Shown here piece by piece: positions 1-8,429 of a stretch of 50,705 bases of DNA (positions within the stretch are counted from its first letter, which is position 1; the number at the start of each line of letters is the position of its first letter). Under the pieces are notes generated by a model. That model saw nothing but the letters and a program-made list of their open reading frames with translations, was not told where the DNA came from and did not search any database. This stretch comes from a virus (taxonomy: Duplodnaviria > Caudoviricetes). Both the position numbers and the translations under genes were made by a program. The stretch is from IMG/VR virus record IMGVR_UViG_3300025769_000013, positions 1-50,705 of that record; one strand, 5' to 3'.

Positions 1-127
1 CCAGTAGCTCCAGAACTACAGCAGCAGAACCAGGAGGACAGGGGCAGAGGAAACCACAACAGAAGAAGAGGCAACCAAAGGGAACCCCAGAGGAATCCCT
101 TTAGGATTGTGGCGTAGTCAGAAGACC
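1..127. repeat. 127-bp terminal direct repeat (copy at 50579-50705); circular assembly overlap
   Basis: First 127 nt are identical to the last 127 nt; 127 is a standard assembler k-mer size. Confidence 0.93.
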
Positions 128-225
128 TCACGCGTAACTTAATAAATCCCGCACATCACACACGCGTCACATCATTAAAGGTCGGCTTGGAAAACTTCAA
201 TAACTCCAATAAAGTTCCGACCATC

Positions 226-447
226 ATGAACATCCTGGTGGTATGCTCTTTCCCAGTGAAAGATAACCCAGATATCAAAGCAGCTATCAACGACCTCGCT
301 ACCGCACAGGATCGTCTCCGGTCCGCTCAGGTCAGACTCAGTCGATCACTTCCTCAGTCCAAAGCCAAGAAGGTTGCCGGGAACATCGATGGTATCCGGA
401 AGTTCGCCAACACTATTCAATTGGAGGTACAGAACTATGGCGGGTAG
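226..447 (+). CDS. hypothetical protein
   Basis: ATG 226, 73 aa, overlaps start of next gene. Confidence 0.6.
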   Translation: MNILVVCSFPVKDNPDIKAAINDLATAQDRLRSAQVRLSRSLPQSKAKKVAGNIDGIRKFANTIQLEVQNYGG

Positions 448-973
448 GCCTTACTCTAAGAAGGATCTTGAAATCCTGAAGAAGATGTATCTTGAGGATG
501 GTGAAACTGTTGTTGCGTGTGCTGAAGCCCTCGGGAGGGGTCAAGGAGGCGTTAGGAATAAGATTAAGCTCCTACGATGGAATCAGGTAAGAAAGGACGC
601 GGAAGGGGCCAAAGAATGCGTTATAGCGGGTACTGATTTAGTGACCAAAGGCGTCGATCAAAAGGGCAACGCCCTCGCTGAACAACACATCCAGGATACC
701 AGTCGGAGGGCGGCTGCGGCTGCCACAACAGGGTTCGACTACTTCGAACAAGAGGCAAAAAAGAGGAACTCCAAAGGGGAGCTGACTGGTGACCTGGATG
801 CCATGGATTCGGCTCTTAAGATCGCCGACCGAGCATCGAATATCGCACGTAAGAATTTAGGCCTGGACGGACCTGGAGCGAAGTCTGGTGGCAATACCTT
901 CAACGTCTACTTCAGTGAAGGAGTGGAGATCAAGAAGGCCCAACCTGAGCCCCAGGATGCGACTGATGTGTGA
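437..973 (+). CDS. probable terminase small subunit (N-terminal HTH)
   Basis: GGAGG RBS at 423-427; HTH-like KMYLEDGETVVACAEALGRGQGGVRNKI; helical middle; ARKNLGLD..NTFNVYF tail typical of TerS. Confidence 0.6.
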   Translation: MAGRPYSKKDLEILKKMYLEDGETVVACAEALGRGQGGVRNKIKLLRWNQVRKDAEGAKECVIAGTDLVTKGVDQKGNALAEQHIQDTSRRAAAAATTGFDYFEQEAKKRNSKGELTGDLDAMDSALKIADRASNIARKNLGLDGPGAKSGGNTFNVYFSEGVEIKKAQPEPQDATDV

Positions 974-1043
974 ACGCTTGCTACAGGAAGCGTGTACAAA
1001 TGTGCTTCAATCCCTGTATTCATGCGGGATGAGGGCCGATACA

Positions 1044-1092
1044 CCCCCACCGCCCCCCCGGGGTAGGCCCCCCACCCGCCGGATCGACCCCC
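1044..1092. other. C-tract cluster (G-quadruplex potential on - strand); candidate packaging/terminus signal
   Basis: Runs C5, C7, C6, C3, C5 in 50 nt of non-coding DNA directly after the terS-like gene. Confidence 0.45.
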
Positions 1093-1163
1093 ACCACATT
1101 CACCGCATCCCCCTCACAATGGACACCTGCTAATTTTCGAGTAACCTATAACATATATTAAAA

Positions 1164-1472
1164 ATGAACATAACAAAACTAGAATGGCGGACAGTGTCCG
1201 TGGACGAGAGCAAGAAGGATCGTATCCGTATTGAGACGCGTAGTGCGTCGGTACCTGGGGGAGCGTTGGTGCATGTGATGAGCGAGCGTAGGGATTCCCG
1301 GAACCACAATTTGCTTGTGAACGAGAGTGTGGCATTTGTGTCGGAAGTGGGTGAAGCGACCCCGACCCCAGTAAAGACCGATGCACCGAAGTCTCCAGAG
1401 GTACCAGCGAAGGCACCTATTAAGAAGGCAGGGAAGAAGTCCTCAACGAAGGTGGAGTCACCAGACGCGTAG
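1164..1472 (+). CDS. hypothetical protein with Lys/Pro-rich C-terminus
   Basis: 102-aa ORF with A-rich leader. Confidence 0.7.
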   Translation: MNITKLEWRTVSVDESKKDRIRIETRSASVPGGALVHVMSERRDSRNHNLLVNESVAFVSEVGEATPTPVKTDAPKSPEVPAKAPIKKAGKKSSTKVESPDA

Positions 1473-1574
1473 TGAATTGGGGTAGAAGGAAGCAATTCAA
1501 GGAGGCAATTTTTTATCCTGTGGTGTAATAGCCTTGGGTTGAAATCGGAAAAGAGAAACTGACATTATGGTTTG

Positions 1575-1611
1575 GCCTGCTCCTGGTGGGGACTGGGGGC
1601 AGGCATTTTCT
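1575..1611 (+). terminator. intrinsic terminator-like hairpin
   Basis: GCCTGCTCCTGGT-gggg-ACTGGGGGCAGGC followed by ATTTTCT. Confidence 0.5.
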
Positions 1612-1632
1612 GGAAGAAAGGTTTAAGGAACA

Positions 1633-2532
1633 ATGAAGAGTGCAAGTGAATGGATATCGGAGATGAGGGGAACTATTTCCGATTTGGAAACAGATGAGTT
1701 GGAGGCGTTTGTGACGCAGATCCAGGAGGATGCGATGGGTGAGGATGTAAACTCGTGGCGAAAGCGTACTTGGGAGGCGGAGAGGGACCGAGATCATAAG
1801 GTTGCTGGGTTGAATGATAAGTTTAAGAAGACTAGGGAGGAGGCATCGGCTAAGGTTACTGAGTTAAACGAAAAATTATCCTATCTTCATGGTGAGTTGG
1901 ATCAGGTGAACGCTCGATGTGACTGCGAGTTAAGAAAAGCCGCCAAGAAGCGAAAGGAGTTATGCGTGCATTTGGAGAAAGCTCGGGGTGATCGGGACCA
2001 GGCACGATTTGACTGGAAGGCTGCGGAGAAGCGGGAGAAGGAACTACAGGAAAAGGTAAATCGCTTAAATGATGTACTCACGAAAGTGAAGAAGGATGCG
2101 GAGGATCGGGCTTGGGAGTTAGGCACACAGGATCAGCGAATCAAGACCTTGGAGAGAGATCGTGACCACGCGGAGAAGAAGGCAATAGAGATTGCGGAAG
2201 AAGCGACAGTGTTGAATAAAGCGAATGCGGGTTTCAGGCATAAGCTGGAGGTTGGGGAGAGGAAGCAGGAGATTCTAAGGGGTCGTATTGCAGAATTTTC
2301 CTGTGCATTAGAGGAGGCGAACGAGGACATTGCTGCCCGGAATAAGGAGTTATCGAAAGCCCATGAGGGTGAGTATATTCTTCAGGAGAAGATTAGTGAA
2401 TTAGAGAGTGATTTGGAGCACCAGGAAAAGATCATACCGTCCCTGACAAAACAGGTGAATACCCTGCAAGAGGAGAAGACTCAAGTGGAAGTGAATCTCG
2501 TCCATGCGATGGAGTTACTGAAAGGACTGTGA
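1633..2532 (+). CDS. long coiled-coil hypothetical protein
   Basis: AAGGA RBS; 299 aa of E/K/R/L heptads. Confidence 0.8.
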   Translation: MKSASEWISEMRGTISDLETDELEAFVTQIQEDAMGEDVNSWRKRTWEAERDRDHKVAGLNDKFKKTREEASAKVTELNEKLSYLHGELDQVNARCDCELRKAAKKRKELCVHLEKARGDRDQARFDWKAAEKREKELQEKVNRLNDVLTKVKKDAEDRAWELGTQDQRIKTLERDRDHAEKKAIEIAEEATVLNKANAGFRHKLEVGERKQEILRGRIAEFSCALEEANEDIAARNKELSKAHEGEYILQEKISELESDLEHQEKIIPSLTKQVNTLQEEKTQVEVNLVHAMELLKGL

Positions 2533-2533
2533 G

Positions 2534-2863
2534 ATGAGTGTGTTTAGTAAAGATGACGGGGGTCAGATGTATGGAGGTGGAATTACTGACATTCCTCCCC
2601 CTATTGAGCGGGGATTCATCGAGGAGCATACTGGTGGTTTTAAGGTAGCAGATCGGTGTATTTACAATGGGGTTTTGCCAATTGGAGGATCAGTGGTGGT
2701 AATTGGTTGGGATCGAGAGTTATTCCGAGCGGCGTTTGATGATGGGAAGTTATCCGGGGATATTGAATATCGCAATGGTTTGGTGCCTGTGGTCGAGGAA
2801 GGCTCGAAGTATTTCCAATGTTTTTGGGTGGCTCCACATCAATTAGAGAGGCGAAAAGTGTGA
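2534..2863 (+). CDS. hypothetical protein
   Basis: Tightly coupled 109-aa ORF. Confidence 0.7.
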   Translation: MSVFSKDDGGQMYGGGITDIPPPIERGFIEEHTGGFKVADRCIYNGVLPIGGSVVVIGWDRELFRAAFDDGKLSGDIEYRNGLVPVVEEGSKYFQCFWVAPHQLERRKV

Positions 2864-3201
2864 TGGAGAAGGTATTGATGAATGAGAAGATTCCAGAAGA
2901 GTCTCCCCGGAGGTTTGATTTGGGGGAGAAGGTGGTGATATCTGGTTGTTTGCGGCGTGGCTTGCGGTATGAAGACCGTGGATATTACCGTAGAACACGT
3001 TTAAAGGAATGGAAGTGGCGGGAGATCCCTGATCAAGTAGGGATAGTGATTGGGGAGCGGACTCTTCGAAATGGCATATCGGACTGGCAGGGTTCTGAAA
3101 TTGGTTATGATTTTTGTATTGAGAGTACTTTTCGTGCGTTGCTGGTGGTGACGGACATGAATCGTAATCCATTTTACGTATTACCGGAGGATGTGGCGTG
3201 A
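2863..3201 (+). CDS. hypothetical protein
   Basis: TGATG stop/start overlap at 2861-2865. Confidence 0.7.
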   Translation: MEKVLMNEKIPEESPRRFDLGEKVVISGCLRRGLRYEDRGYYRRTRLKEWKWREIPDQVGIVIGERTLRNGISDWQGSEIGYDFCIESTFRALLVVTDMNRNPFYVLPEDVA

Positions 3202-3440
3202 ACCAGATTGGAAGACAAGTGAGGATTCGCAGGTATCGTCGGAAAGAAGAGATTGTGATGTATCCCTGGAGGGCGTCCCAGCGGATGGATAGTGTGAGGA
3301 TTAGTTCTGAGGCGATAGAGGCGGGGTCACCGAAAGATGGGGATATGGTGGCGTTTCGCAGTGGAGACCCGGATTCGAGGTGGTTGGTGGAGCACCGTGA
3401 TTTTGTGGATAATTGGGAGGAAGTGAAGGGGGAATTTTGA
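3198..3440 (+). CDS. hypothetical protein (GDM..WLV..F phage family)
   Basis: GGAGG RBS, GTGA overlap; GSPKDGDMVA..DSRWLVEHRDFVDNWE. Confidence 0.7.
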   Translation: MNQIGRQVRIRRYRRKEEIVMYPWRASQRMDSVRISSEAIEAGSPKDGDMVAFRSGDPDSRWLVEHRDFVDNWEEVKGEF

Positions 3441-3791
3441 GTGATGGGTTTAAGTTTTGCAGAGAAGATACAATTGGCGGATGCGGAGCGTGATCGGATG
3501 CTGGAGTATGAGGTATCGGAGGAGCTTATTGCTTCGATGGTGGATTTCGAGGAAGCGTTGGTGGTTGCCCAGCGGGAGTTTTGGTGGGAGCAATTGATGG
3601 TGATGCAGTGGGCGGAGGCTACAGATGCCCAGAAGGTTGCGATTCGTGGTTATTTGAAGGCGGGGTACTATATTGAGGCCCAGCGATCTGACGGGGACAT
3701 TATTTGTTATCACCGAGGTGATGAGAATGGGGTGTCCTGGCATTATCGGATTTTGGAGAACGGGGATCTGGAGCCCTGGTGTAAGGAATGA
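3441..3791 (+). CDS. hypothetical protein
   Basis: Coupled ORF in operon. Confidence 0.7.
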   Translation: MMGLSFAEKIQLADAERDRMLEYEVSEELIASMVDFEEALVVAQREFWWEQLMVMQWAEATDAQKVAIRGYLKAGYYIEAQRSDGDIICYHRGDENGVSWHYRILENGDLEPWCKE

Positions 3792-4009
3792 GCAGGACAC
3801 ACCACCATTGCAAGAGGTATTGGCGTGGGCAGAAGGCACGTTTGAACCATAATCGTGGTTGGGTGAGACGAGAACCGAAGGAGTGGCGGAAGGCGTTTAA
3901 ACATCGCCCCAGGAGAGCGGCAACGAGGGCGGCTTTGCATATAGCGATGACCCGACCGGAGGAGGCGATCTTCCCTTTAGACAAGAAACCGTGGATTTAT
4001 TATTGGTGA
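3788..4009 (+). CDS. small basic hypothetical protein
   Basis: ATGA overlap; Arg/Trp rich, ends KPWIYYW. Confidence 0.65.
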   Translation: MSRTHHHCKRYWRGQKARLNHNRGWVRREPKEWRKAFKHRPRRAATRAALHIAMTRPEEAIFPLDKKPWIYYW

Positions 4010-4206
4010 TGAAAATAGAGGTAAAAGACTTAGAGGTTCGGAAGACGGTTATGCCTGACAACCGATGGGGTGAGATGGAAATTGTCGTGAAGCATTTGCC
4101 GAGTGGGGTTTCGGTATTAATTCCAACAAGGGGGTCGCATGTGAAGGCGGAACTATTGGCGGTAACTTTGATCGAATTGGCTTTAGAGGAAGGGGTTACC
4201 CGGTGA
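4009..4206 (+). CDS. hypothetical protein
   Basis: TGATG overlap; IVVKHLPSGVSV motif. Confidence 0.6.
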   Translation: MKIEVKDLEVRKTVMPDNRWGEMEIVVKHLPSGVSVLIPTRGSHVKAELLAVTLIELALEEGVTR

Positions 4207-4514
4207 CCACCCCATCGCTAAGTTCAATTCTGGAGACCATCAGTGACAGGTATGGTGTGCCGGGTGATGTAATCCAGGGCAGGAGTCGCCCGGAGATAGT
4301 AGTGGAGGCTCGTCATGCGTTTTGTTATTTAGCGACGATGCGTGGTTATACGCAGGAGGGGATTGGTGCGTTTATTAATCGTGACCATACGACGATCAGC
4401 ATGGCAATTCGCAGTTTCCGTGACCGGATCGATTGTGATGTGAAGGCTCGCGGGGTGTTTGCGAGAGCAGAGGAAGGATTAAAGGAGGTAGAAGCATTGG
4501 TTGTTTCAGCATAG
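4203..4514 (+). CDS. stand-alone DnaA domain IV (DNA-binding HTH) homolog
   Basis: GRSR..VVEARH..CYL...GIGAFINRDHTTI matches the DnaA C-terminal signature (R.R....ARQ..MYL....IG..FGRDHTTV). Confidence 0.85.
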   Translation: MTTPSLSSILETISDRYGVPGDVIQGRSRPEIVVEARHAFCYLATMRGYTQEGIGAFINRDHTTISMAIRSFRDRIDCDVKARGVFARAEEGLKEVEALVVSA

Positions 4515-4574
4515 GTGAGGCGACCCCGTTGCTGGTTTATGCGTATGACGAGGAGTAAACACACAGAAAGAACT

Positions 4575-5600
4575 ATGAAAACACTATGGAAAAACCCACT
4601 AGAGGAAATGAACCCCCTTACACGAGAGGAGTTCAGTGACCTACCAGATGAGGTCGTAAACGGCATCTACAAGGATGATGATAGACTGGTATTTGAAGGC
4701 AAGGTAGGAAGAAAGTGGATACTCATAAATAAACATGGGGAACCAATACAACAAGGGCTTGTTCCTGATAAACCCTGGCAATCTAAGTGCAACTCTCTCG
4801 CCACCTACCTAACCGAGTGGCGGAAGCAAAGGGCTAAGGTAGAGGAGGTTAGGCATGATACTGGACTACCTAGTTTACTAGAGTGTGCCGAGTTGACTAC
4901 ATTTAGGGATTACCAGGAGAAGCCTGAAGTTAACTACACTGAAGCAGACCCACATAAGTACAATAAACTACTCTACGCGGAGGACGCAAAGCACAGTGAC
5001 ACCCCTTGGCAATGGTGGGAGTTATGTTGTCCAAAACAAGGCTGGGTAGGGGCGGTTGCCAATATGTTTTTTTACAAACAACTGCGATGTCGCAGAAAAC
5101 CAGACGCACCAAAGCGATTCATCGACTTCCAGATGGATCTCACGGACTGCACGGAGGAGCAGTTCAGGCAGGTGCAGAAATGGCTTTTTGAGCAAGGCTA
5201 TAGCTGGATTCAAGACGGAGAAGAATATATTTCAAAAACGCCACCATTTACTAAGATAAGAACACATAAAGATGGAGATATTGTGCGGGGCTGTCCTAGC
5301 TATACTTACACTGATTGCCCTACTCTCACCCTAGAAGAACTTGGCATCCAGTTTGAGCAGGAAGACCCACACAAGCACAACAAGGAGCCAAACCCAGACG
5401 AACTACTGCGGGATAACGCTCTGGAACGCTTCCAGAAGAAGGCATACGAGAAGTTCAATGACGGGATGAAGGAATATAACACAGATGGGGAAAACCCATT
5501 AATAAAACGAGTTACATTTTCTGACATTGAGGAAGAAGTTATTGATTTGTGGATGTACGTACAGGCGATGAAGGAGAAATTAAACCAACTGAACACATAG
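4575..5600 (+). CDS. mosaic hypothetical protein; C-terminal MazG/dUTPase-like helical motif
   Basis: ATG 4575; C-terminal KFNDGMKEY..DIEEEVIDLWMY; internal repeat DPHKYNK/DPHKHNK. Confidence 0.6.
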   Translation: MKTLWKNPLEEMNPLTREEFSDLPDEVVNGIYKDDDRLVFEGKVGRKWILINKHGEPIQQGLVPDKPWQSKCNSLATYLTEWRKQRAKVEEVRHDTGLPSLLECAELTTFRDYQEKPEVNYTEADPHKYNKLLYAEDAKHSDTPWQWWELCCPKQGWVGAVANMFFYKQLRCRRKPDAPKRFIDFQMDLTDCTEEQFRQVQKWLFEQGYSWIQDGEEYISKTPPFTKIRTHKDGDIVRGCPSYTYTDCPTLTLEELGIQFEQEDPHKHNKEPNPDELLRDNALERFQKKAYEKFNDGMKEYNTDGENPLIKRVTFSDIEEEVIDLWMYVQAMKEKLNQLNT

Positions 5601-5609
5601 AAACCAACC

Positions 5610-5807
5610 ATGAAAGTTACACTAGACATACCAACAAGAGACTGGAACGCATTTAAACAGCAAGTCCAACTATGCAAAGAGATGGAGAAAAAACTAGATC
5701 CATTTAATGAAGAGAGTAAACAAGATCACCTGCATGTTATATGGAGTATTAAAGCCGCTGCATATCGGGTTATTGACGCTGAAGTAAAGGAGAAACAGAG
5801 CACATGA
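5610..5807 (+). CDS. hypothetical protein
   Basis: 65-aa ORF in operon. Confidence 0.65.
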   Translation: MKVTLDIPTRDWNAFKQQVQLCKEMEKKLDPFNEESKQDHLHVIWSIKAAAYRVIDAEVKEKQST

Positions 5808-6115
5808 ACCCACACAACGCAAACTACCACAAGAAGATTAAAAAACTTGAGAACACCATCCAGCAACTTGAGGGTAGAATCAGGATACTCACCGCAGGGA
5901 AGCAACCAGACCCCTCCATCGATGAGCAGATTGCAGAAATTGCAGAGATCCACGGCACAACCGATATTGAACTAAACTATTCGCTAGAACGCAAAGAATG
6001 GCAACTCCTCATCACTTGGTTTGATAAAGAAACCAATGTGCAAGTAACGGAAGAGGTCGCACCAACACTAGACGAGGTACTGGAGAACGCCAAGACACTC
6101 ACGAGAGGATCCTAA
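5804..6115 (+). CDS. hypothetical protein
   Basis: AGGAG RBS, ATGA overlap. Confidence 0.7.
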   Translation: MNPHNANYHKKIKKLENTIQQLEGRIRILTAGKQPDPSIDEQIAEIAEIHGTTDIELNYSLERKEWQLLITWFDKETNVQVTEEVAPTLDEVLENAKTLTRGS

Positions 6116-6150
6116 GAATCCAAAATGTACATCAGGGGCAGGGTCACATC

Positions 6151-6480
6151 TTATTCTAATTTTTTTAAGATCCACTCTGTCAGTTTCTTGCCCTCGGACT
6201 GGGCAGACTTCACGAATTGGTTTTTCTTCTCCATTGGCACCCTCAGGTGGATGTGAGCATCCTTTGGAGGATCTTTGGCCCCACAGAACTCATCCAGTAG
6301 CTTCCCCTCGTGGACGGACCTCCTAAGTGCTCTCCTGGCGGGGAGTTTATTCCAGGATGGATGGAACTGGATCTCGTCGTCAGGTCCATAGGTTTTGCCA
6401 TTGCGATCCTCCAGGTGGACACCTTGGTCGGTTTTGACCAGGATCCACTTGGGGCCGATGATTTGGGTCTCTTTGTTCAT
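6151..6480 (-). CDS. hypothetical protein with C-terminal ribbon-helix-helix
   Basis: DAHIHLRVPMEKKNQFVKSAQSEGKKLTEWI fits the RHH beta-alpha-alpha pattern. Confidence 0.7.
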   Translation of the reverse strand: MNKETQIIGPKWILVKTDQGVHLEDRNGKTYGPDDEIQFHPSWNKLPARRALRRSVHEGKLLDEFCGAKDPPKDAHIHLRVPMEKKNQFVKSAQSEGKKLTEWILKKLE

Positions 6481-6485
6481 GGTGG

Positions 6486-6782
6486 TTAGCTTCTGAGGAT
6501 TGGGGCCATTGAGAAGGATCCAAACGGGAGGCAGTACTCGCCCCAGTCATCATCCAACTGGATTCTTCTCCGGTGGGTTTCGTTATGGTACTGGAGAGTT
6601 ACAAATTTGGCACTCCGCTTGAGTACCTTGAATTTGAAGACACAGTCAGAGTCGCAGGCAGAGGTGCAGGTGTACTTATGTCCGACCTTGAACCTGGTAA
6701 TTGTTTCCTGGTCAACCAGTGCAGCTTGACGCACTTGTGGAGAGACGGCCAGGCGGGAGGGGAATTGGATGATGTTACTCAT
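6486..6782 (-). CDS. hypothetical protein
   Basis: FKVGHKYTCTSACDSDC..VLKRSAKFVT..PFGSFSMAP, small beta-rich phage protein. Confidence 0.75.
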   Translation of the reverse strand: MSNIIQFPSRLAVSPQVRQAALVDQETITRFKVGHKYTCTSACDSDCVFKFKVLKRSAKFVTLQYHNETHRRRIQLDDDWGEYCLPFGSFSMAPILRS

Positions 6783-7018
6783 GCTTCCACCGCCCTTTCC
6801 AGTTCCTCTTCGCTATCTACCTCATGGGGCCAATTGAAGTAGTCGGTGTCTGGGAGGAGTTCGACATCCACTCCATCCTCAATGGTCACTGGGACGAAGT
6901 TGACATTGGTAGAATCCTCCACTGCGTACCAGGTGCCATATTCGGTCTCCAGGGTGAACACAGTGCAGGGAGTGTTATGGCTCCCGTAGAAGCCGGTGAT
7001 GGTTTTGGTGTTAGTCAT
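6779..7018 (-). CDS. acidic hypothetical protein
   Basis: ATGA overlap with next gene. Confidence 0.7.
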   Translation of the reverse strand: MTNTKTITGFYGSHNTPCTVFTLETEYGTWYAVEDSTNVNFVPVTIEDGVDVELLPDTDYFNWPHEVDSEEELERAVEA

Positions 7019-7037
7019 GGTATCTGCGTGGTTTGGA

Positions 7038-7280
7038 TTAAATTCCTAAGGCTTGCCTGATTTTGGTCACCAGGCTTGATCTGGTTCGTGCGGTGATGAC
7101 CGGAAGTCCAGAGCTCTGGCTTGGGTCAAATGCCCATGTCCGGTCAGCAGTGATGTACTTGCTGTTGTCACAGAGAAAGTAGCCGACGTAATCTCCATTG
7201 AAGTGGACCACTGAATGGGCCAGCTCCTTGTCGGTCTCACGCTTGTGAGTTATCGAGAATTTTTCAGGCAATATGGTCAT
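7038..7280 (-). CDS. hypothetical protein
   Basis: 80-aa ORF in minus cluster. Confidence 0.65.
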   Translation of the reverse strand: MTILPEKFSITHKRETDKELAHSVVHFNGDYVGYFLCDNSKYITADRTWAFDPSQSSGLPVITARTRSSLVTKIRQALGI

Positions 7281-7285
7281 GATGA

Positions 7286-7492
7286 TTAATGGTTGGCAGG
7301 TAAGTCACCTGGTTCTAGTTGAGGATATAGATCAGCCAGGCTCTCAATCGGCTCACCTTTGACACATGCAGACTTCGCCTTCTCTGCTGTGGCTTTATCC
7401 CAGTGATTGTCAGCAGCATTGTTCCAGACTCCATCTATGTATTCATGGACTCTGTAGTCGCCAAATTTTTCGTTCTTTTAAGTGGTTCCCAT
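7286..7492 (-). pseudogene. small gene with in-frame TAA at codon 5
   Basis: ATG GGA ACC ACT TAA then 63 open codons (KNEKFGDYRVHEYIDGVWNNAAD...PANH*) filling the gap between neighbours. Confidence 0.45.
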
Positions 7493-7505
7493 CCCACCCA
7501 GGTGA

Positions 7506-8114
7506 TTAGAGACTGGATTCAACCTTCTCGATTAGGGTGAAGAGTTCCTCATCTTCGGGAGCCTGGAAGGTGGTGTCACTGAGCTCCTGGTGAACATTCG
7601 AGCGAACAGGTGCTCCGAATGACAGGCAGTTCCTAATGACTGCCTTGATCAACTGAGTCCGCTCTTGGTTGGTATCGATTTTTCCCTGGTCGAGACTAAT
7701 AGGGAAGTCACCAGCGGAGACTACGTAGTCCCCGAACTTCTTGCCCAGACGTTTGGCGTTTTCGAGGTCATACTCGACAGGGTGTCCCTGTACGTGGGTG
7801 GATACTACAGCTTCCTGGCGACCTGCTGCAGTAGGATCAAAGGAGAGCAGGTTGTATTTCTCGTCTGAGACTAAAGGGAATATTTCAAACTTGTTAAGGT
7901 ACTTTGTACCATTTTTGTCAGAGGCATACCCAAGGGTGCCATTGACAACGTGCCATCCTGAAAACCCAGGTGCGGATTCAATGCTCGCAATTTCTGCATT
8001 ATAGGATCCGGAGTGGTTTACGCTCCACGATTTATGGAGATTGCGTTGAGCTGGGCTAACCCATTTAAGGGCATCAGCAATTAGGGAGAAGGTGCGAATG
8101 TAGGTGAGGTGCAT
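7506..8114 (-). CDS. hypothetical protein
   Basis: 202-aa ORF, first gene of minus cluster. Confidence 0.75.
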   Translation of the reverse strand: MHLTYIRTFSLIADALKWVSPAQRNLHKSWSVNHSGSYNAEIASIESAPGFSGWHVVNGTLGYASDKNGTKYLNKFEIFPLVSDEKYNLLSFDPTAAGRQEAVVSTHVQGHPVEYDLENAKRLGKKFGDYVVSAGDFPISLDQGKIDTNQERTQLIKAVIRNCLSFGAPVRSNVHQELSDTTFQAPEDEELFTLIEKVESSL

Positions 8115-8177
8115 TTTCTGTCAGTATTTGTAGACTTCCTGGAACTGCCAGGGCAGGCGTTGAATCATTCAACAGCA

Positions 8178-8229
8178 TCCATCTTTGGTATTATTTTCAA
8201 TCTGTCAACACAAACTGAAAACTTTTTTT
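8178..8229 (-). promoter_or_regulatory. sigma70-like promoter for the minus-strand gene cluster
   Basis: TTGACA (8208-8203 on -) with upstream A-tract; -10 box only weakly matched. Confidence 0.55.
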
Positions 8230-8274
8230 CGATCAGAACCAGTCATAGGTGCTAGTATAAGGTTTTCATAGATT

Positions 8275-8333
8275 TCCTGTCTGGGTGCGGTTTAATCCTC
8301 AATAATTGCTCATTGGGTATGTCCCAGACAGGA
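8275..8333 (+). ncRNA. candidate hairpin antisense RNA (11-bp clamp, 37-nt loop)
   Basis: TCCTGTCTGGG (8275-8285) / CCCAGACAGGA (8323-8333); loop 13-mer complementary to start of gene 48119-48409. Confidence 0.5.
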
Positions 8334-8336
8334 TAT

Positions 8337-8411
8337 GGTAGGGAGGGCGTTGGTTCCCAGATGAGACTCATAACCTCATCCACACTGGTTCGATTCCAGT
8401 CCCTGCTCCCA
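8337..8411 (+). tRNA. atypical tRNA with CAU anticodon (Met/Ile2-like)
   Basis: Acceptor GGTAGGG/CCCTGCT, D arm GGG-cgttggtt-CCC, anticodon arm GATGAG-a-CTCATAA-c-CTCATC, T arm ACTGG-TTCGATT-CCAGT, encoded CCA. Confidence 0.8.
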
Positions 8412-8429
8412 ATTTTTTCGTATAAACAC

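Noticed and set aside
1-127. Biological direct terminal repeat
   Set aside because: Length of exactly 127 nt matches an assembler k-mer overlap; shows circularity only
6116-8270. Invertible segment for the serine recombinase
   Set aside because: No convincing inverted repeats or copies of the 39133-39163 site found at the borders by eye
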